From: Alphaproteobacteria bacterium
GTDB lineage: Bacteria; Pseudomonadota; Alphaproteobacteria; SMXQ01
Length of the DNA: 64,000 bases
Assembly (NCBI GenBank): GCA_038145705.1
Contig: JAYQQF010000004.1
Coordinates: 75,523-139,522 of the forward strand
Direction of reading: 5' to 3'
This document shows, piece after piece, positions 40,366 through 49,132 of this stretch. The first letter of the stretch is position 1, and each line of letters opens with the position of its first letter. A model generated the notes under the pieces. That model saw only the letters and a program-made list of their open reading frames with translations. It was not told the DNA's origin and ran no database searches. A program made the position numbers and the translations under genes.

Positions 40366-41649
40366 ATGACCGCTTCCCCCGGCCCCGCCGGCGCCGCGCC
40401 GCGCAAGGCCCAGTCGTTCGCTGCCCTTCGCCATCCCGCCTGCCGTGTCTACCTGGTGGGCACGATGCTGGCGATGATGGCCGACAACATCGAGCACGTC
40501 ATCAGCTACTGGATCATCTACCAGAAGTTCCGCTCGCCTGCGCTCGCTGGCTTCGCCGTCATTTCCCACTGGGCGCCTTTCCTGTTCTTCTCCGTCTATG
40601 CGGGCGCGCTTGCCGACCGCTTCGACCCACGGCGCGTCATCCAGGCCGGGATGGGCCTGTTCATGGTGGCATCGGCAGGATGGGGCGTTCTGTTCCTGAC
40701 CGATACGCTGGAGCCGTGGCACGCAGCCGTACTTCTGGTGATCCATGGCCTTGCAGGGGTGCTGTGGGGACCGGCATCGCAGCTGATCATCCACGACATC
40801 GTCGGGCGGACCCAGTTGCAAAGCGCGATCCGCCTGATGTCGACGGCGCGCCAGCTGGGCCTCTTGATGGGCCCCGCCGTCGGCGGCGGCATCCTGCTGC
40901 TGATGGGCCCGGCCTGGGGAATCCTGTTCAACACCCTGATCTACCTGCCGCTCACCCTGTGGCTGGTCAACGCGCCATTCGGACCCAAGTTCCGCGATGC
41001 GGGACAGGACGCGCCGAAGCGGCGCCACGCCGGCGGCTTCGCCGATATCATGGCCACCATGAAGATGATCGCCGGCAACAAGATCATCGTCTCGATGGTC
41101 ATGCTGGGCGGCATTGCGTCGCTGATCGTCGGCAATGCCCATCAGGCGCAGATGCCCGAATTCGCCCACGACCTGGGCCACGCCAATGCGGGGCTGCATT
41201 ATTCGATCCTGCTGACGGGCGGGGCTGCGGGCGCGCTGGTCGGCGGCATCATACTGGAGAGCCGCAACCTGCTTGCACCCAACCCGCGCACGGCTTTCGT
41301 GCTGGTGATCCTGTGGAGCATCTCTATTGCCGTCTTCGCCCTGACCAAGACGTACGAGATTGCTGTCGCGGCCATTTTTGCCGCGGGGTTCCTCAACCTC
41401 GCCTATGGCTCGATGAACCAGACCCTGGTGCAGCTTCACGCGCCCGAAGAAATACGCGGCCGCGTGATCGGCCTTTACAACATGTCGGCGCACGGGCTCA
41501 GAACGTTCTCGGGCGTGACCGTCGGCTTCGGCGGCAGCCTGATCGGCGTGCACTGGTCGCTGGCGCTGTCGGCAATGGCGCTGCTGGCGCTCACCGTCGG
41601 ACTGTTATCGTTCACGAGCTGGGCACGGCCCGGCCGCGGTACCGCGTAA
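40366..41649 (+). CDS. MFS transporter (EntS/MFS_1-like)
   Basis: 12 TM helices, GRVIGLYNMSAHGLRTFSG. Internal Met start with AGGA..GGAA ribosome-binding site. Confidence 0.8.
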   Translation: MTASPGPAGAAPRKAQSFAALRHPACRVYLVGTMLAMMADNIEHVISYWIIYQKFRSPALAGFAVISHWAPFLFFSVYAGALADRFDPRRVIQAGMGLFMVASAGWGVLFLTDTLEPWHAAVLLVIHGLAGVLWGPASQLIIHDIVGRTQLQSAIRLMSTARQLGLLMGPAVGGGILLLMGPAWGILFNTLIYLPLTLWLVNAPFGPKFRDAGQDAPKRRHAGGFADIMATMKMIAGNKIIVSMVMLGGIASLIVGNAHQAQMPEFAHDLGHANAGLHYSILLTGGAAGALVGGIILESRNLLAPNPRTAFVLVILWSISIAVFALTKTYEIAVAAIFAAGFLNLAYGSMNQTLVQLHAPEEIRGRVIGLYNMSAHGLRTFSGVTVGFGGSLIGVHWSLALSAMALLALTVGLLSFTSWARPGRGTA

Positions 41650-41650
41650 G

Positions 41651-43096
41651 CTAGCGCGCGAGAAGCGAATCGCCGACCGTCGCGCAGACCCGGTCGATGA
41701 CCCGAAACGCCGATTTGAGGCGGCCACGGGCGACACGGTCGAGGCGGGCAAGATCGACTAGGTTTCCCGCTGCCTGCCCCGCCGCGATATCGGCAAGCTG
41801 CTGTTCGAGGACGAGCCGCATCAAAGTTTCGTGCGCTTCGTCGAGCGCCACCGCATCCGCAGCCGCCAGCTTTCCCCGCGCCCGCGCCTCCGCGAGCCTT
41901 CTCGGCGTCGCCGTGCCGCCGAATCCGGCAGCAAGCGCCAAAAGGCGCGCGCCGGCGGTGACCGGCAGCAATCCGAAGCGCTTGAGGTCGACCCTGCCTC
42001 CGTCGCTGCGCAGAATGCCGAAGGGACCGATCGCCGAACCCATTCCTGAAACATTTGCATGCAGCAGCTTGAGGAAAGGATAGGCCCGTGAAGCCGCCTT
42101 CACCGCGTAGTCGCGCAAGCGCGCGGCAAGCGTCGCATCGCCCCAGACGGGCACGGCATCGAAGAAGATATCGACGTTGAGCAGATCTTCGGGTTTCGAG
42201 CGTGCGATCCAGCCGTCCACCCGCTTCTGCCACCCGGCGAGGCTGGCGCGCCAGGCTGGTTCCGAGACCATGACCTTGCCCTTGCAGTAGGGCATTCCGG
42301 CCTCATCCAGAATGCGCGTCAGGCGCGCACCGAAATCGGCAAACCACGCATCAACACCGTCGTCGCCCGCATGGACGAGGGCATTGTCCTGATCGGGGGC
42401 CAGCAGGCTTTCCCCCCGCCCCGCCGAACCCAGAACCAGCACGGCGAAGGCCGCGGGCGCTTCGCCCCGCCCCGCCGCCGCCATTTCCGACGCCGCGAGT
42501 TCGGCCGCACGCGCCACCGTGTCGCGCAGCACGGCGGAAATGACACGGGCCACGCCGCGCCCGGATACCTCGTCGTTCAGAAGCCCCTGCGCCAGCGGAG
42601 GCAGGCGCGCGAGCGCCTTGCCGAGTGCCTGTGCATCGGCCGCGGCTTCGACCTCGTCACCGAGCACCAGCGCCGCATTGGCGCGCAACCGCAGCAGGGC
42701 TCCTGCCGCCACGACGCCCGCAAGCGTTCCGTCGGCCGCAGTGACGGCAAGGTGGCGAATGCCGAGCCGCGCCATGCGCGCGATCGCCACATGCAACAAC
42801 GCATCGGCCCGCACCGTCGCCACCGGCGCACTCATGACATCGCCGAAGCGGATCGCCGCGGCGCCTTCGCCTTCGCGCGCAAGCGCCCGCAGCACGTCGC
42901 GCTCGGTCACGATCCCGACAGGCCGTCCGGCGGGATCGACCGCCAGCAGGCTGCCGACGCCGTGCCCGGCCATGAGCTGCGCCGCCTCGATCAGGGATAT
43001 GTCGGGGCTGGCGGTGACAGGGGGCGACGACATCACATCGGCGACCTTGCGGCGGTAGGGAAAACTGTCGAGACGGTCGAGACCCGAGGTGTCCAT
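41651..43096 (-). CDS. tandem-CBS domain protein fused to DUF294 nucleotidyltransferase-like domains
   Basis: Two CBS motifs (VADVMSSPPVTASPDISLIEAAQLMAGHGVGSLLAV.., ..FGDVMSAPVATVRADALLHVAIARMARLGIRHLAV) followed by GSAGRGESLLAPDQDNALV, the GS-x9-DxD nucleotidyltransferase signature. Internal Met start 2 nt after the upstream stop. Confidence 0.7.
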   Translation of the reverse strand: MDTSGLDRLDSFPYRRKVADVMSSPPVTASPDISLIEAAQLMAGHGVGSLLAVDPAGRPVGIVTERDVLRALAREGEGAAAIRFGDVMSAPVATVRADALLHVAIARMARLGIRHLAVTAADGTLAGVVAAGALLRLRANAALVLGDEVEAAADAQALGKALARLPPLAQGLLNDEVSGRGVARVISAVLRDTVARAAELAASEMAAAGRGEAPAAFAVLVLGSAGRGESLLAPDQDNALVHAGDDGVDAWFADFGARLTRILDEAGMPYCKGKVMVSEPAWRASLAGWQKRVDGWIARSKPEDLLNVDIFFDAVPVWGDATLAARLRDYAVKAASRAYPFLKLLHANVSGMGSAIGPFGILRSDGGRVDLKRFGLLPVTAGARLLALAAGFGGTATPRRLAEARARGKLAAADAVALDEAHETLMRLVLEQQLADIAAGQAAGNLVDLARLDRVARGRLKSAFRVIDRVCATVGDSLLAR

Positions 43097-43098
43097 CG

Positions 43099-44463
43099 CT
43101 ACCACCCCGCTGCCCGCTGGCGGGCGATTACCCGGGTTGCCGTCGCGGCGAAGGCGCGCGCACCGCCCAGCGTCGTGATGCCGCGTTCGGCCAGCCGCGC
43201 TATCAGGCGGCGCCACAACTCGGCCGTAACCAAGGCGTCGCCCAGCGCCGTGTGGCGGCCGAACACGGCAACGCCGTGACGGGCGGCGACATCTTCGAGA
43301 TCGAGCGCGACTTCGTGGGGGTCCAGCGCCGCAGCGATCTGGCAGGTATCTATCGTCACCGGCGCCACCCAGACGACGCCCGCGCGCGCCGCCTCGGCGT
43401 TCAGGACGGCGAGATCGAAACCGATGTTGTGACCGATGACGATGCTGTCGCCGATCAGCGAGCGGACATCGCCGGCGAACGCGCTGAAGGGCGGGGCATG
43501 AGCCACAGTCGCATCCGCGATCCCGTGAACAGCGGTGGATGCCCGCGGGATGGGTACGCCCGGGTTGACCAGCGCATCAACTGCCGCGGCGCGAAAAAGG
43601 CTCGTCCCGTACATACGAACCGCTCCGATGGCGACGATCCGCTCGATCGCGGGATCAAGGCCGGTCGTCTCGACATCAAGAACCGTGACCGGCAGCGCGG
43701 CGAGTCCGGTATCGTCGGCGGGTGCCGGAGATTCGGGCGGCAAGTCATGCAGCGAAAGATCATGTGCGACTTCGGCCGCCGCATAACCGTCGTTGCACGC
43801 TATAGCCAGCACCGCACCACCGTCGTCGGACAAAAGCGTGACCCGCGCATCGAAGAACTGGCTGTCGACGGATTCGATCCTGACAAGGACCGATCCACCC
43901 GCGGCGCGCGCCTGGGCAAGCGCCGCATCCACGGACTCGCGCGACAGGGCGGCAAAAACACTGGTGCCGACTTCGACCCGCGGTGCGCCGAGCAGGGCCC
44001 GCGCCATGCCATTGACGAGGCTGACCTGACCGTTGGCGGTGATGACGACGACCGCCTCGTTCAAGGCGCCGAGAACCGCGGCCAGGCGGTTGTCAGGCGT
44101 GCTCGCGCGGTTGCGACTGTCATCGGCGAGAGATAAAAGCGCCTCGCGCAGCTGGCCCGCCTCGGCATCCTCGGCGATAGGGAAATTCTCCCCCACCCGG
44201 TCGCCGGCCCTGAGCGCGACGGCGAGGCCCCGCAGCCGCGCGATATCCCTGAAATGCCCGTCGAGCGCGTCGCGCAGCAGCCAAAGGGCGCCGAGTGCCA
44301 GCACCATGCCGGCAATGACCATTCCGGCAAGAATGCCGGGCCGGGCCAGGTCGGGCGGACCGAAAATCATCGCCAATGCCACCGTCCCGGCAAGCAACAG
44401 TCCCGCGGCCGCAACCGCCATCACCACCATCGACATCAGATGGGTGGAGGTGCGGCGCGCCAT
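43099..44463 (-). CDS. membrane-anchored PAS-like sensor fused to DEDDh 3'-5' exonuclease (DnaQ/RNase T-like)
   Basis: Two N-terminal TM helices, a PAS-like segment LNEAVVVITANGQVSLVNGMARALLG, Exo I motif LDVETTGLDPAIERIVAIGAV, and later HTALGDALVTAELW (Exo III HxxxD). Confidence 0.75.
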   Translation of the reverse strand: MARRTSTHLMSMVVMAVAAAGLLLAGTVALAMIFGPPDLARPGILAGMVIAGMVLALGALWLLRDALDGHFRDIARLRGLAVALRAGDRVGENFPIAEDAEAGQLREALLSLADDSRNRASTPDNRLAAVLGALNEAVVVITANGQVSLVNGMARALLGAPRVEVGTSVFAALSRESVDAALAQARAAGGSVLVRIESVDSQFFDARVTLLSDDGGAVLAIACNDGYAAAEVAHDLSLHDLPPESPAPADDTGLAALPVTVLDVETTGLDPAIERIVAIGAVRMYGTSLFRAAAVDALVNPGVPIPRASTAVHGIADATVAHAPPFSAFAGDVRSLIGDSIVIGHNIGFDLAVLNAEAARAGVVWVAPVTIDTCQIAAALDPHEVALDLEDVAARHGVAVFGRHTALGDALVTAELWRRLIARLAERGITTLGGARAFAATATRVIARQRAAGW

Positions 44464-45089
44464 TACATGCCCCTGCCGTCCGGGCCAACAGTCATGTCCC
44501 GCGCCACGGCGGCGAAGTCGGTGCGCTTGGCCAGTTTTTGCCAGCCCGCCATGGTGCGAAACCGTACCGAATTGACGACGAGATCCTCGTCCGGGCGCCG
44601 CATGTCAGGATGCAGCGGCAAATATTCGAAGATATGCGCGCCCGCGGTTGCGGCGATGTCGTCGCTGGTACGCGGCAGATGCTTCTGCGCTTCGGCCAGG
44701 CGCGCGGCCAGTGCCTCGGCAAGGCCACCCCAGCCCGTCTCGCGGTGAGCGGGCGGCGGATGGAGGCCGAGTTCGGCGGCGAAAGTGCTCACCAGCCGGG
44801 TGGCCAGACGCTGCGCATCGCTTCCCGCGTGGGCGCGAAGTCTGCCTTCGGCAATGACGAAAAGATCGGCAAGTACAGCCGCGAAGGCCTCCCAGCGGGT
44901 CACCTCCAGCGCCTCGAGAAAAGGTTTTTCCGAAAACAGCCGCGGCCCCATGAAGCCCGTACGGGCGCGCAGATAGGCATATGTCGAGCTTTGCGCCACA
45001 TGGGCCGCCTCGCCGGCAAGTGCTTCGAAAAATGCCTGTTCCGTCACGACCGGTGAACCGCCGGACAGCGCCCCGAACCAGTTCCGCAT
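44463..45089 (-). CDS. hypothetical protein (about 208 aa), first gene of the exonuclease/DUF294 operon
   Basis: Internal Met of ORF 44463..45497. Its stop overlaps the exonuclease ATG (TAATG). No family recognised, and the start is uncertain. Confidence 0.45.
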   Translation of the reverse strand: MRNWFGALSGGSPVVTEQAFFEALAGEAAHVAQSSTYAYLRARTGFMGPRLFSEKPFLEALEVTRWEAFAAVLADLFVIAEGRLRAHAGSDAQRLATRLVSTFAAELGLHPPPAHRETGWGGLAEALAARLAEAQKHLPRTSDDIAATAGAHIFEYLPLHPDMRRPDEDLVVNSVRFRTMAGWQKLAKRTDFAAVARDMTVGPDGRGM

Positions 45090-45423
45090 CCGAGCGGCAA
45101 CCCCAGCCAGCCCTGCTTTCAACGCGATACCCCCTGTAATACGTAGATTGTATACGGTGATGCCTAATAACAATACATCTTGGAATTGTTCTTTTCGCCA
45201 AAACCCATGATAATGGCATTTCGTTGCCTTGCCACATCGAAGCCACTCGCAATGATCAAGACATAGGCAACAAGAGGGACCGGTTCCGTTTTGAGCCGGT
45301 GGGGACGGTTCCAAAGCCCGCGGGCGAAGGAACCTGCAACAAGTGCCGGGGGACGGAAGCGCAGCTTCCGGGAATGCGGCATAGAACCGCGACCGCCTCG
45401 GCTTTAGAGAGAGGGGGTCATTC
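45090..45423. promoter_or_regulatory. AT-rich divergent promoter region
   Basis: About 330 bp with several segments below 40% GC (taatacgtagattgtatacggtgatgcctaataacaatacatcttggaattgttc), lying between divergently oriented operons. Confidence 0.4.
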
Positions 45424-45687
45424 GTGTCAGACGTACCGCCGGAAAAGGCCGCCGCGCACTGGGCAAAAACCCGGTCGCTCATGTGGACGTGCCTCACGAT
45501 TTGGTTTCTCGCCAGCTTTGTCGTTCATTTCTTCGTCGCCACCCTGAACAAGGTGGTCATCCTCGGTTTCCCGATCGGCTTCTACATGGCCGGCCAGGGA
45601 TCTCTCATCATCTTCGTCGTCCTGATCTTCTGGTATGCCCATCGCCAGAACGCCATCGATGAAGAATTCGGCGTTGCCGAAGACTAA
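45424..45687 (+). CDS. DUF4212-family small membrane protein (putative small subunit of sodium:solute symporter)
   Basis: 87 aa, two TM helices, FPIGFYMAGQGSLIIFVVLIFWYAH. Immediately precedes the SSS gene. Confidence 0.7.
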   Translation: MSDVPPEKAAAHWAKTRSLMWTCLTIWFLASFVVHFFVATLNKVVILGFPIGFYMAGQGSLIIFVVLIFWYAHRQNAIDEEFGVAED

Positions 45688-45705
45688 GCCGGGACGGAGA
45701 AGAAA

Positions 45706-47451
45706 ATGATAAAAGGCGACTTCATCAGCAATCTCGGCCGCATCTACGGTTTTTACACCGGCGGCTTCATCGCGTTCGTCCTGCTGCTCGCCGTGCTCGA
45801 GCAGATGGGCGTTCCCAACCGGATCATCGGCTACCTGTTCGTGTTCCTGACGATTGCGGTCTATGCCGTGATCGGCATCCTCGCGCGAACGGCGCAGGTG
45901 TCTGAATACTACGTCGCGGGACGCAGGGTTCCGGCGCTGTACAACGGCATGGCCACCGCCTCCGACTGGATGAGCGGCGCGTCCTTCGTCGGTATGGCCG
46001 GCTCGCTCTACATCCTCGGTTACGACGGCCTTGCCTTCGTGCTGGGCTGGACGGGCGGCTACGTGCTGGTCGCGGTGCTGCTGGCACCGTACCTGCGCAA
46101 GTTCGGGGCGTTCACGGTACCTGACTTCCTCGCCGTGCGCTTCGGCGGCAACCCCGCCCGCGTGGCCGGCATCATCGTGCTGTTTGCATGCTCCTTCACA
46201 TACGTGACGGCGCAGATCTACGCGACGGGCATCATCGCGTCGCGCTTCCTCGGCCTGCAGTTCGAGGTGGCCGTCTTCGTCGGCCTGATCGGCATCCTGC
46301 TGTGTTCGATGCTCGGCGGCATGCGGGCGGTGACCTGGACCCAGGTGGCCCAGTACATCATCCTGATCATCGCCTACCTTATCCCGGTGGTGTGGCTGTC
46401 GGCCAAGATCACCGGCGTACCGATCCCGCAGATCATGTACGGCGGCATCCTCGAGAAGATCACCGCGATCGAAAAGACCATCGGCATCACCAAGGCGCAT
46501 ACTCAGCCGTTTACCGACTACAACATGCTGAACTACTTCGCCCTGATCCTGTGCCTGATGCTGGGCACGGCGTCGCTGCCGCACATCCTGATGCGCTACT
46601 TCACCACGCCAAGCGTGCGTGACGCGCGTATCTCGGTCGGCTGGTCGCTGCTGTTCATCTTCCTGCTGTACTTCACGGCGCCGTCCTACGCGGCCTTCGC
46701 GAAGTACGAGGTGCTGACCAACGTGGTCGGACAGCAGATCGCTTCGCTTCCGGGCTGGGTCAAGGCCTGGGGCCAAGTCGGCCTGGTGACGGTAACGGAC
46801 CTCAACAAGGACGGCATCCTCCAGTGGGCGGAACTCAAGATCAATACGGACGTCATCGTTCTGGCGACGCCCGAGATCGCGGGTCTGCCCTATGTGGTTG
46901 CCGGCCTGGTGGCCGCGGGCGGTCTTGCCGCCGCGCTGTCCACCGCCGACGGTCTGCTGCTCGCCATCGCCAACGCGCTCAGCCACGACATCTACTACAA
47001 GATGGTCGACCCGCAGGCAGACGCGAAACGACGTCTTATCGTCGCCCGTGTCCTGCTCATCGTCGTGGCTGTGTTCGCGGCATGGCTTGCCAGTACGAAA
47101 CCCAGCGACATCCTGTCGATGGTCGCCTGGGCCTTCTCGCTGGCGGCATCGGGGCTGTTCCCGGCCCTCGTGCTCGGCGTGTGGTGGAAACGCGCCAACA
47201 CGGCCGGCGCCGTCGCGGGCATGATCGCCGGCTTCGGCGTCTGCCTCTACTACCTGATCGGCACCCGCTACTTCGGAATGCCCGAATGGTTCGGCGTGAA
47301 GAATATTTCCGCCGGCCTGTTCGGCATTCCCGTCGCGTTCGTCGTGACCTGGGTGGTCAGCCTGCTGACGCAGGCCCCGTCCAAGGAAATGATGGACTTC
47401 GTGGATCGCATCCGCGTTCCGCGTGGCGGCCCCGTCATGCAACAGGACTAG
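45706..47451 (+). CDS. sodium:solute symporter family transporter (VC_2705 / ActP-like subgroup)
   Basis: About 581 aa, 13-14 TM helices, GRRVPALYNGMATASDWMSGASFVGMAG, the SSF signature region. GGAGAAG ribosome-binding site. Confidence 0.85.
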   Translation: MIKGDFISNLGRIYGFYTGGFIAFVLLLAVLEQMGVPNRIIGYLFVFLTIAVYAVIGILARTAQVSEYYVAGRRVPALYNGMATASDWMSGASFVGMAGSLYILGYDGLAFVLGWTGGYVLVAVLLAPYLRKFGAFTVPDFLAVRFGGNPARVAGIIVLFACSFTYVTAQIYATGIIASRFLGLQFEVAVFVGLIGILLCSMLGGMRAVTWTQVAQYIILIIAYLIPVVWLSAKITGVPIPQIMYGGILEKITAIEKTIGITKAHTQPFTDYNMLNYFALILCLMLGTASLPHILMRYFTTPSVRDARISVGWSLLFIFLLYFTAPSYAAFAKYEVLTNVVGQQIASLPGWVKAWGQVGLVTVTDLNKDGILQWAELKINTDVIVLATPEIAGLPYVVAGLVAAGGLAAALSTADGLLLAIANALSHDIYYKMVDPQADAKRRLIVARVLLIVVAVFAAWLASTKPSDILSMVAWAFSLAASGLFPALVLGVWWKRANTAGAVAGMIAGFGVCLYYLIGTRYFGMPEWFGVKNISAGLFGIPVAFVVTWVVSLLTQAPSKEMMDFVDRIRVPRGGPVMQQD

Positions 47452-47554
47452 GAAACGGTGGGCGGCTCCGGGGAACCGGAGCCGCCCCGCCCTCCGCGGG
47501 GCCGGCGGCCAGGACGGCGCGGTCCCGTTTCTTTTTTCTTACCGGTAGCTTCCG

Positions 47555-47872
47555 ATGCAGGCCGATCCCTTCCAGCTCCAGTTCCTGCCCTTCCACGTGA
47601 TCAACTACGCACTGGCCGCGGTGTTCTACACCCTGATCGGCCGGTCCATCCTCGGCGTGTTCGTGCGCCAGGATTCCCAGTTTTTCGTCATGCGCTTCTT
47701 CCGCCTGATCACCGAGCCCTTCATGAAGGCGTTTCGCTTCATGACCCCGGGCTTCATGCATCCGGCGCTGGCGCCGCTCTATGTCGGTTTCTGGGTTTTC
47801 CTGATCCGGCTGGTCTTCGGCCTCGTCATGCTCAATTATGGCCTCGCGCCGCGGCTGTCCGCAGCCGCCTGA
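47555..47872 (+). CDS. YggT-like small integral membrane protein
   Basis: 105 aa, two TM segments, sequence pattern compatible with YggT/Ycf19. Weak. Confidence 0.45.
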   Translation: MQADPFQLQFLPFHVINYALAAVFYTLIGRSILGVFVRQDSQFFVMRFFRLITEPFMKAFRFMTPGFMHPALAPLYVGFWVFLIRLVFGLVMLNYGLAPRLSAAA

Positions 47873-47886
47873 GGAGAATTTTCATC

Positions 47887-49131
47887 ATGTCATCGTCCAC
47901 CGTCGCGCCCGAATCGCCGGGCTGGCGCATCCCCCTCGTGGTACTCGCCTGCGGCACCGTCATCCTGATCCTGTCCGTGGGCATCCGTCAGAGCTTCGGC
48001 CTGTTCATGGACCCGATGTCGTCGACCCGCGGCTGGGGACGCGAGGCCATGGCGCTGGCGCTCGCCACCCAGAACCTCGTCTGGGGGCTGAGCCAGCCGT
48101 TCATCGGCGCCATCGCCGACAAGTGGGGCTCGGGCAAGGTGGTGGCCGTCGCGGGCGCGATGTACGCCTTCGGCCTCTACCTGATGTCCCAGGCGGTAAC
48201 ACCGGCCGATGTGCTGATTTCGAACGGCTTTCTCATCGGCCTTGCCCTGTCGGGCTGCGGCTATCCGGTGGTGCTGGCGGTCATCGGCCGTTCGGTACCG
48301 GAAAACAAGCGCAACCTGTTCATCGGCATTGCCTCGACCGGCGGCTCGTCGGGCCAGCTTGCGGTGATCCCGCTGTCGCAGGTGTTCATTTCATCCTCGG
48401 GCTGGCCGGTGGCACTCCTGATGCTCGGAGGCATGGCGGCGCTGATCGTCCCCATGGCCGCCACCATGGTCGGCACGAAAAAGGCCCCCCGTCCCGGCGC
48501 CATGGCCGAACAAACCCTGCGTGCGGCCCTGGCCGAAGCCGCGCTCCATCGCGGCTTCGTTTTCCTGACCATCGGCTTCTTCGTCTGCGGCTGGCAGATC
48601 GGCTTCGTCGCCGCCCACCTGCCCGCCTTCCTGTCCGACCACGACCTGCCCGGCACTGTCGCCGCGTCGGCGCTGGCGGTGATCGGGCTGTTCAACATCC
48701 TCGGCACCTTCACGGCGGGAATGCTGGGTACACGCCTGCGCCAGAAGCACGTTCTTGCCGCCATCTACTGCCTGCGCGCCATCGTCATCGGTGTCTTCGT
48801 GCTGATGCCGAAAACGCTGCCCGTGGTCATGGTTTTCGCCGCCGCCGTCGGCTTCCTGTGGCTGGCGACAGTGCCCCTGACATCCGGCCTGGTCGCGCGC
48901 ATCTTCGGCGTGCAGTACATGGCGACGCTCTACGGCATCGTTTTCATGAGCCACCAGATCGGCAGCTTCTTCGGGGTCTGGCTGGGCGGCAGGTTGTTCG
49001 ACGAAACCGGGTCCTACGACGTGATCTGGTGGGGCTCGGTCATCCTCGGCTTCGCCGCGACGATCCTGCATATTTCCATCGACGACCGGCCGACCGACCG
49101 CGTCATCGCCGCCCGCGCCGCGGCGACGTAG
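47887..49131 (+). CDS. MFS transporter (oxalate/formate antiporter-like, OFA family)
   Basis: 12 TM helices, GLSQPFIGAIADKWGSGKVVAV. GAGGAGAA ribosome-binding site. Internal Met of ORF 47458..49131. Confidence 0.8.
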   Translation: MSSSTVAPESPGWRIPLVVLACGTVILILSVGIRQSFGLFMDPMSSTRGWGREAMALALATQNLVWGLSQPFIGAIADKWGSGKVVAVAGAMYAFGLYLMSQAVTPADVLISNGFLIGLALSGCGYPVVLAVIGRSVPENKRNLFIGIASTGGSSGQLAVIPLSQVFISSSGWPVALLMLGGMAALIVPMAATMVGTKKAPRPGAMAEQTLRAALAEAALHRGFVFLTIGFFVCGWQIGFVAAHLPAFLSDHDLPGTVAASALAVIGLFNILGTFTAGMLGTRLRQKHVLAAIYCLRAIVIGVFVLMPKTLPVVMVFAAAVGFLWLATVPLTSGLVARIFGVQYMATLYGIVFMSHQIGSFFGVWLGGRLFDETGSYDVIWWGSVILGFAATILHISIDDRPTDRVIAARAAAT

Positions 49132-49132
49132 C

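Noticed and set aside
45427-47442. 671-aa minus-strand ORF over DUF4212/SSS genes
   Set aside because: Antisense to a clear 13-14 TM symporter. No start context and a low-complexity product.
47460-47545. GC-rich hairpin gggcggctccgg-ggaa-ccggagccgccc after the SSS gene as a terminator
   Set aside because: The stem is strong, but the T-tract lies about 40 nt further on after a second weak stem, so it is not a clean intrinsic terminator. It may instead be an attenuator, RNase site or REP-like element. I did not list it as a feature.
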